14,641 nucleotides of DNA from a virus (Duplodnaviria > Heunggongvirae > Uroviricota > Caudoviricetes). The translations under genes were made by a program, and so were the position numbers. The stretch lies in the IMG/VR virus record IMGVR_UViG_2675903658_000001; one strand, given 5' to 3'. Below, one piece after another: positions 1-5,799 of this stretch. Position 1 is the stretch's first letter. Every line of letters begins with the position of its first letter. Below the pieces are notes generated by a model. It saw nothing but the letters and a program-made list of their open reading frames with translations, made no database searches and had not been told where the DNA came from.

Positions 1-172
1 GATGCCGGGCCTCCTCCCGGGTCACGGAAAGCGTCACCCTGTATGTTTTCAGGTCAGCATTCAGCCCTGCCGCCATACGCTGTGAGTACCCGTCACCAAA
101 ACGCACTTCACGCACCGATGGCTGCGAGTTCACCTCCATATCCGGCTTCACTTTCCAGCGAAAGGTTTTCAT
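1..172 (-). CDS. M: Minor tail protein M, second copy; only the first ~57 codons are in the window, gene continues past the left edge
   Basis: Minus-strand ATG at 172-170 overlaps the stop of the H-fragment (ATGA). Nt 1-172 are identical by eye to 5628-5799, the 5' end of the complete M gene. Translation begins MKTFRWKVKPDMEV. Confidence 0.8.
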   Translation of the reverse strand, partial: MKTFRWKVKPDMEVNSQPSVREVRFGDGYSQRMAAGLNADLKTYRVTLSVTREEARH

Positions 173-690
173 CGACCGCTCCCTGATAACAGACCGCCAT
201 CACGCAACTGCAGCCGGAGTTCATCCTGTGCCCCCTTGCGGGCCATGTCATACACCGCCTTCATCAGCTGCGACCCCGCCTGTCCGTTGATACCGTCGTT
301 CTGAATCACCACGTGATTGTTCTGATTAAAATTAATGCCTTCGGCCCGCCGCATCTGCGCCGGACTTCCGGCAGCACCCACATACCCCCCTTCCGCATAG
401 CCCCGCATCAGGCGGTACAGGTTCCCGACACCAATCCGGCTGGTTGCCTCCTTCGTGAAGACAAACTCCCCGCGGTGGACAATCCCCGCTGGCTCATATT
501 TGCCACCGGTTCCCGTAAATCCCCCGGTCGCGAAATGGAAGTTCGCCGCCGCAGCCTGAATGGCTGTACCGCCTGACGCTGATGCGCCGCCACCGGTAGC
601 CCCGCCAATGGCGCTGCCGATACTCCCGACAATCCCCACCATTGCCTGCTTAAGCAGAATTTCTGTCATCATGGATTTTTGTCGTGACAT
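169..690 (-). pseudogene. Tape measure protein H, C-terminal fragment (173-aa ORF equal to the last ~170 residues of H); likely remnant
   Basis: Six-frame ORF 169..690; the protein aligns with the C-terminus of the full H at 5796..8375 at roughly 93% identity, with no indels (1-675 colinear with 5628-6302). The ATG at 690-688 lies inside the 95-bp repeat and has no obvious Shine-Dalgarno. Confidence 0.7.
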
Positions 691-770
691 AAGAATAATT
701 ATCTATAGTTGATCTTCGTAACGCTCCCGCAGCTCCGCAACTCTGCGGGATTTTTTTATTCTTTTTACCC
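676..770 (+). repeat. Copy A of a ~95-bp element (candidate sRNA body plus terminator), direct repeat of 3350-3450
   Basis: Aligned by eye to 3350-3450 at roughly 85% identity. Both copies start at TTTTTGTCGTGA and end at GGGATTTTTTTATTCTTTTTACCC, and both begin (on the minus strand) exactly at the GGG-TAA that ends the upstream tail gene. Confidence 0.8.
725..765 (+). terminator. Intrinsic-terminator-like hairpin plus T-tract on the plus strand (copy A)
   Basis: Stem cccgcag (726-732) pairs with ctgcggg (743-749), 10-nt loop, followed by TTTTTTTATTCTTTTT (751-766). Confidence 0.55.
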
Positions 771-3101
771 AATCCGGCTCCCCTGGACAGTCCACTGACT
801 GCCGGTCCCCAGATAACGGGCAGATTTTTCCACCTGTGCCGTGTTCGTGATGCGTTTTTCTGAGAACCAGAATTCAAACTGTACCGTCGGGTCATACACC
901 GCAAGACGCGGGACCGCCGTTATCTGAAAATACCCCGGCGTCAGCTCAATGGTGGCGGGTTTTGCAGGCGCGTTAATCCGGAAGGTGGTGGTCGCAGGTT
1001 CGCCCTGCTGGCCGTAGCTGTTAATGGCCCGCACCGTCAGGGTGTATTCCCCCAGCGGCAGACCACTGAAACGGTGCTCCGTGTCTGCGGTGATGGCGGT
1101 GCTCACCAGACGGCTGTCTTCTCCGCTTCCGCTGGTCAGACGCAGACTGAAGCGCACACCCTTCACCACCCGCGGCGTGTCCCATTTCGCCTGTGCCAGA
1201 TACTGACCGTCAGCTGCACTCACCTCCACCGTCAGGTGCTGCACTGCCGGTGGGATAACGCTGTTCAGGCTGCCTGACTGCGGCTCAAAGCTGGCCCCGT
1301 TATCCACAATGGCTTCTTTTTCCGGTACGTGCTGCACCGCCGTGATGGCGAACGTGCCGTCCGTGTTTTCCCGAATGGAGACACAGCGGAACAGGCGACG
1401 ACGCAGTGACGGCAGGGAGAGTCCCCACACACCGTATGTCTCCACACCATCCGGCAGGGTGCTGACCTGTATCCGGTCAGGCGCGGGGTGTGCGGTGATG
1501 GCCACGCTCGCCGGCTTACCGCTGCCGTTAATCAGATTAACAGTGGCCGTGCCGGTCTCCGGCAGTGTCACCTCCCGGTCCAGCGTCAGGGTACGGCTGG
1601 CGGCATCGATGGACAGGACACGTCCGCCGGTCATGGTCCCGGCATAGTCGTTATCACAGATTTCAATGATGTCACCGGGTGTGTGACGCAGCCCCTGTGA
1701 CCCGAGCGTGAAATCCACCGTCTGCGTTTCCAGCAGTTCGGTCTTTATCACCCACAGCCCGGCACGGTGGGCCTGACCGCGGCTGGTACAGCCGAACGCG
1801 TCCATCTTCAGCAGGTTGCGTCCGTAGCGCAGTATGGCTTCCGGGTCTTCCACCAGTTCCGTGGAGGTCTGCCAGCCGTTCTGCGGGTCGGTGTAATTCA
1901 CCTCCACTGCCGTGTGCCGGTCCTTCAGGGCACTGAAGCTGTAGCGGAAACCCACGCCGTTATCATCCACCACCACATCGCTGTTGGTGTACGGCCACAC
2001 CACATCCGACGGACGGTCCTGAACGAACGTCAGCGTCTGGCCGTTCCATACCGGCATACAGCGCATCGCAGAGCAGAAATCACTGAGAACGTCCCACGCC
2101 TTACGCTGTTGTGCCAGGTACGCATTAAAGGTCATCCGCGGCTCGGTCCCCCCGAAACCATCCGGGACCGTCTGGTCGCAGTACTGCCCGATGGCATACA
2201 GCGCCCACTTGTCCACATCCGCCGCCCCCAGACGTTTTCCCATGCCGTAGCGCGGGTGAGTCAGCATGTCCCACAGACACCAGGCCGGGTTGTTGCTGTA
2301 TGCCGGTTTCAGGCTGCCGTCCCAGATACCACTGTACGTGCGTTTTTCCGGGTCATAGTTTGACGGCACCTGGATGATGCGACCGCGGATATGGTAGTTC
2401 ACCGTCATCTGCTGGCCGCCGAACTGCTCCGCATCCACCTGCAGCCCCACAATGGCCGTGTTCGGGTAGCACTGTTTCACATCGATGATTTCGGTGTATG
2501 ACGACCACAGCGTCTTATTCTGCAGCTGGTCCGTGGTGCTGTCCGCCGTCTCCCTGACCATCCGGATGTTAAAGGGCCGGGGAGGCAGATTATCCAGAAT
2601 CACCGAGGCCAGGAACTGCGAGGTGGTCTTGCCGTTAATGGTGACATCCTTTTCCGTCACCCAGCGGCCATTACGCTGTAACTGAATCAGAATCCGGACA
2701 GAGGAAGGATTACGGTCGCCCTTTGACGTGGTCTGCACCAGTGACTGCACCCCGAAGGTAACCCGCAGGCGGTCAATGTTCGCGGACGTAATGGTGCGCG
2801 TCACCGGTTTTGCCTTCGTCACTTCCACGCCCAGTCCGGTTTCAGCTCCGGAGGACTCAAAGCCTTCCGGTGGTGTCTGCTCCTGCTCCCCGGCACGCCA
2901 GACCGCAGTCACACCGTGTATCACGGGATTACCGTCCGTGTCCGTCAGCGGGGTTTTGTTCACCAGAATACTCTGCAGTCCCTTCACCGGACCTTCTATC
3001 GGTCCCTCACCAATCGCATCAATCACACTCATCATCTGCGTGGATTTGAGATTATCCTTCGCCTCACGAGGCGTGTGTGCCTTACCGCCACCTTTTCCCA
3101 T
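765..3101 (-). CDS. J: Tail tip / host-specificity protein J, N-terminal ~765 residues only; C-terminal receptor-binding part missing
   Basis: 778-aa ORF starting [22 protein letters not shown], matching lambda J residue for residue over much of its length as I recall it. RBS AGGGGAAGG 4 nt upstream. Similarity ends after ...RYLGT, then ~12 unrelated residues and a stop at the repeat junction. Lambda J is about 1132 aa. Confidence 0.85.
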   Translation of the reverse strand: MGKGGGKAHTPREAKDNLKSTQMMSVIDAIGEGPIEGPVKGLQSILVNKTPLTDTDGNPVIHGVTAVWRAGEQEQTPPEGFESSGAETGLGVEVTKAKPVTRTITSANIDRLRVTFGVQSLVQTTSKGDRNPSSVRILIQLQRNGRWVTEKDVTINGKTTSQFLASVILDNLPPRPFNIRMVRETADSTTDQLQNKTLWSSYTEIIDVKQCYPNTAIVGLQVDAEQFGGQQMTVNYHIRGRIIQVPSNYDPEKRTYSGIWDGSLKPAYSNNPAWCLWDMLTHPRYGMGKRLGAADVDKWALYAIGQYCDQTVPDGFGGTEPRMTFNAYLAQQRKAWDVLSDFCSAMRCMPVWNGQTLTFVQDRPSDVVWPYTNSDVVVDDNGVGFRYSFSALKDRHTAVEVNYTDPQNGWQTSTELVEDPEAILRYGRNLLKMDAFGCTSRGQAHRAGLWVIKTELLETQTVDFTLGSQGLRHTPGDIIEICDNDYAGTMTGGRVLSIDAASRTLTLDREVTLPETGTATVNLINGSGKPASVAITAHPAPDRIQVSTLPDGVETYGVWGLSLPSLRRRLFRCVSIRENTDGTFAITAVQHVPEKEAIVDNGASFEPQSGSLNSVIPPAVQHLTVEVSAADGQYLAQAKWDTPRVVKGVRFSLRLTSGSGEDSRLVSTAITADTEHRFSGLPLGEYTLTVRAINSYGQQGEPATTTFRINAPAKPATIELTPGYFQITAVPRLAVYDPTVQFEFWFSEKRITNTAQVEKSARYLGTGSQWTVQGSRIG

Positions 3102-3204
3102 ACAGCCTTCCCCTGAATAAATTAACCGCCACTTGCCATTCCGTACAGAAGTCGGATATCCTTCGCCCGAAAAGCATGAAACACATTTCTGCCATGCTAA
3201 AGAG

Positions 3205-3240
3205 AAACCCCGGTATCAGCAGATACCGGGGTTTTCTTTC
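3205..3240. terminator. Bidirectional intrinsic-terminator-like hairpin in the I-J intergenic insert
   Basis: Perfect 10-bp stem ccccggtatc (3208-3217) / gataccgggg (3222-3231) with loop agca, flanked by AAA on the 5' side and TTTTCTTTC on the 3' side, so it is followed by a U-rich tract on both strands. Confidence 0.65.
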
Positions 3241-3306
3241 ATGCCCACCGATAATCCTGTTGGTTAAAACCGGTAATGGCATAAAAATTCTGAATATCTT
3301 CACATT

Positions 3307-3334
3307 TTCACAAACTGACTGTGGCGCGTATAAT
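3307..3334 (+). promoter_or_regulatory. Near-consensus sigma70 promoter, antisense to the tail operon
   Basis: -35 TTCACA (3307-3312), 16-bp spacer, perfect -10 TATAAT (3329-3334); predicted start near 3341. It lies in the AT-rich insert, not in coding sequence. Confidence 0.55.
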
Positions 3335-3340
3335 TTCTCT

Positions 3341-3440
3341 GCGTTAATTTTTTTGTCGTGATATAAGAATAATTCCTTACACTTAATCTTCGTAACTCTC
3401 CCGCAGTTCCTGTCCGCGATCACTGCGGGATTTTTTTATT
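3341..3440 (+). ncRNA. Candidate ~100-nt small RNA, antisense to the 3' end of gene I
   Basis: Runs from the predicted start to the intrinsic terminator: 9-bp stem tcccgcagt (3399-3407) / actgcggga (3422-3430) then TTTTTTT (3431-3437). No plausible ORF. The body is conserved in the second copy at 676-770. Confidence 0.45.
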
Positions 3441-3450
3441 CTTTTTACCC
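3350..3450 (+). repeat. Copy B of the ~95-bp element, direct repeat of 676-770
   Basis: See copy A. Here the element abuts the stop codon of I (TAA at 3447-3445 on the minus strand). Confidence 0.8.
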
Positions 3451-4125
3451 CTGCCGCCCGATAACCACGACCTTTCCGCCCCCGCCTTCATCACGGGTGC
3501 TGATGTCCTGGGATATACGGCGGGAGCCAACCAGCATTTCCCCGTAAGGCACCGGCATCGGGTTCCCCTGGGCAATCATGTTATCCAGCGAGGAAAAGTA
3601 CGTGTTCTGTCTGCCGTTATCCGTTGCGCGGTAATCCGGTGTTTTTGCCTTCGGGGCCAGCATCTGGGCCACACCGCCCAGTATCATGCTGGCCCCCAGT
3701 GAAAACAGCATCGTGGTGGCAGAAAAACCGCCGGCACTCAGGGCTGTACCCCATAACACCATCGAGGCACCGGCCGTGAAGAAAGAGCCCACGATGGCTG
3801 CCGCCCCCAGCACAATCTGCAGTCCGCCCTTTCCGGCTCCGGCCAGTCGCGGCACAATGTGGATGACCGTTCCCTCACCCAGCTGTTCGTGAAGACGGGC
3901 GTACACCGCCTCCGGTGCCGTGTCATCACCGGCAATACGTATCTGGTACCAGCCTTCGTTCATCTGACGGCGAAAGCCCGGCACCTGTAACGACAGGGCA
4001 CGGATGGCTTCCGCTGCCGTGTTCACATACAGGCTGAGGCGGCGGCCAAATCGTTGCAAATCCCCGTGAAGGCAGATGCGTGCCAGTGGCGGTGACGCCA
4101 GACAGAATGCGTTCGTCGTTGCCAT
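3445..4125 (-). CDS. I: Tail tip assembly protein I (ubiquitin-like N-terminal domain family)
   Basis: 226-aa ORF starting MATTNAFCLASPPLARICLHGDLQRFGRR, lambda I-like. The start lies ~100 nt inside the 3' end of K in another frame, as in lambda. Confidence 0.9.
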   Translation of the reverse strand: MATTNAFCLASPPLARICLHGDLQRFGRRLSLYVNTAAEAIRALSLQVPGFRRQMNEGWYQIRIAGDDTAPEAVYARLHEQLGEGTVIHIVPRLAGAGKGGLQIVLGAAAIVGSFFTAGASMVLWGTALSAGGFSATTMLFSLGASMILGGVAQMLAPKAKTPDYRATDNGRQNTYFSSLDNMIAQGNPMPVPYGEMLVGSRRISQDISTRDEGGGGKVVVIGRQG

Positions 4126-4766
4126 TTTTCGGAATACCTCTCCCGTTTACTCAGTTGTTCAGGAATATGGTGCAGCAGCTCGCCGTCACCACAGTAAATG
4201 GCGGCATGATTCGGCACCGATGAACCAAAACAGCACAGCAGCACATCGCCCGGCTGCGCCGCTGACAACGGCACCTGATACAGCCCTGTGGCCTCCAGAT
4301 TATCAAGATAGAGATTCTGGCCGTTACGCCACCAGTCATCCTCACGATGAAAGTCCGGCATCTCAGTCCCCGCCAGATGGTAAGCGTCCCGGAACAGCGT
4401 GTAACAGTCCGTCACCCCGTGCTCAAAGCGCCGCCCGGTGAGATGCGGCACACAGCGGAACTTATGAATCGCCCCCCGGCAGACCAGCCACCACGGCAAA
4501 TCACTCTGCACCTGCAGCCGCCGGTCGGCCTCACTCAGCCAGGGCAGACCACCGGGATGACTGTGGACCAGCGCCACAATCTCACCCTGCATCTCTGCCC
4601 GCAGCCAGTCTTCCGGTGCAATACGAAAATACGCCTCCGGCTCTGCAGAGATATTCACACAAGGGATATACCGCTCCCCCTCCGGCGTTCTCACCACTAA
4701 GCCGCACGACTCCGCAGGCACACACCGCCGGGCATGCGCCAGAATCGCTGATTCTGTCTGTGTCAT
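4023..4766 (-). CDS. K: Tail tip assembly protein K (JAB/MPN metalloprotease-like plus NlpC/P60 peptidase-like domains)
   Basis: 247-aa ORF with a JAMM motif HSHPGGLPWLSEAD and an NlpC/P60-type Cys/His region (GVTDCYTLF ... NHAAIY). It starts 5 nt after the L stop with no strong SD, so the true start could be an internal Met. Confidence 0.88.
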   Translation of the reverse strand: MTQTESAILAHARRCVPAESCGLVVRTPEGERYIPCVNISAEPEAYFRIAPEDWLRAEMQGEIVALVHSHPGGLPWLSEADRRLQVQSDLPWWLVCRGAIHKFRCVPHLTGRRFEHGVTDCYTLFRDAYHLAGTEMPDFHREDDWWRNGQNLYLDNLEATGLYQVPLSAAQPGDVLLCCFGSSVPNHAAIYCGDGELLHHIPEQLSKRERYSEKWQRRTHSVWRHRHWHASAFTGICNDLAAASACM

Positions 4767-4771
4767 TGGAT

Positions 4772-5470
4772 TTACTGCGAAAGTTTATTAATGGAAAGGA
4801 AACCGCCAAAATTAGCCACCATGCCGCGCATCTCACACCCGCGCATGCACTTGCTGCATCTGTCCTTACGGATATCCGTGGTGGGGTTGTCGAACTCATC
4901 CGCCACCGCAGGACCGTTATACCCGCATTCATCTCCCCGGTAATCCCACATACAGGTGTTCGCCAGCATGATGCGACCGGGAAACAGCGCCCCGTCCGTC
5001 TCGGTCGGTGTAGCCAGCACAAACGAGGCCGTCATGGCTGTCAGCTGCGACATCTGCTCCACCACCCAGCGGTCACTCAGCTCCTGCTCCGGGTCCGCCT
5101 CCGGATTGCCCGCAACGAAATTCACCGCATCCAGAAAACGGGCATACACCCGGCGGCGGACCACCGTGGCCCCCACCAGACTCTGCAGGTCTTCCGCCAT
5201 CCCGGTGACCAGACCGAACAGATTGGACACCGTCAGCGACGGTCTGGCACTGCTGCCCCGGCCGTTCATCTCAAAGCCGCTGCCGTCAATCGGGTATGCC
5301 TCATACTTACGCCCCTGCCAGGTGACCGGCTCCCCTTTTTCATTCAGCTCATTACAGAAAAAATACCGCTCACCGCCCTGTACCGTCAGGTCGATTTCCC
5401 AGAGTACCACCCGCGGTGACTGCTCTGACTTAACCGACTCGTTCAGACTTTCTTCGCGAATATCCTGCAT
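4772..5470 (-). CDS. L: Minor tail protein L
   Basis: 232-aa ORF, MQDIREESLNESVKSEQSPRVVLWEIDLT..., lambda L-like with the same length. Its start overlaps the M stop (TGATG). Confidence 0.93.
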   Translation of the reverse strand: MQDIREESLNESVKSEQSPRVVLWEIDLTVQGGERYFFCNELNEKGEPVTWQGRKYEAYPIDGSGFEMNGRGSSARPSLTVSNLFGLVTGMAEDLQSLVGATVVRRRVYARFLDAVNFVAGNPEADPEQELSDRWVVEQMSQLTAMTASFVLATPTETDGALFPGRIMLANTCMWDYRGDECGYNGPAVADEFDNPTTDIRKDRCSKCMRGCEMRGMVANFGGFLSINKLSQ

Positions 5471-5799
5471 CAGTTCACCACCTGCTTAAACTCCGCGCTG
5501 AACTCAACGCGCAACATCCCGACCCGCGCAGACCACCCGGCACAGGTCACCTTTATCTGCCGGTATGCATAGGGTGGCTTCCACAAAAATGCCTTCCAGC
5601 CCCCGTGCTCTGCCAGGAACGCTTCCAGATGCCGGGCCTCCTCCCGGGTCACGGAAAGCGTCACCCTGTATGTTTTCAGGTCAGCATTCAGCCCTGCCGC
5701 CATACGCTGTGAGTACCCGTCACCAAAACGCACTTCACGCACCGATGGCTGCGAGTTCACCTCCATATCCGGCTTCACTTTCCAGCGAAAGGTTTTCAT
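5470..5799 (-). CDS. M: Minor tail protein M
   Basis: 109-aa ORF, MKTFRWKVKPDMEV..., lambda M-like with the same length. ATGA overlap with the H stop. Confidence 0.93.
   Translation of the reverse strand: MKTFRWKVKPDMEVNSQPSVREVRFGDGYSQRMAAGLNADLKTYRVTLSVTREEARHLEAFLAEHGGWKAFLWKPPYAYRQIKVTCAGWSARVGMLRVEFSAEFKQVVN

Noticed and set aside
3082-3423. 113-aa minus-strand ORF and 94-aa plus-strand ORF (3077..3361) spanning the I-J insert
   Set aside because: Both read straight through the strong terminator hairpin and the promoter region, have no SD and no recognisable protein features. The region is better explained as non-coding.
3341-3440. Assigning the candidate sRNA to a named family such as an AgvB- or AsxR-like anti-sRNA
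   Set aside because: I could not see a convincing match to the CA-rich seed-mimic expected for a GcvB sponge, and I cannot run a homology search. Only the generic prophage-sRNA architecture is supported.
765-3450. Diversity-generating retroelement or shufflon acting on J, suggested by repeats flanking a tail-fibre gene
   Set aside because: There is no reverse transcriptase, invertase or recombinase ORF in the window. The repeats are direct, not inverted, and do not lie within the J C-terminal coding region.
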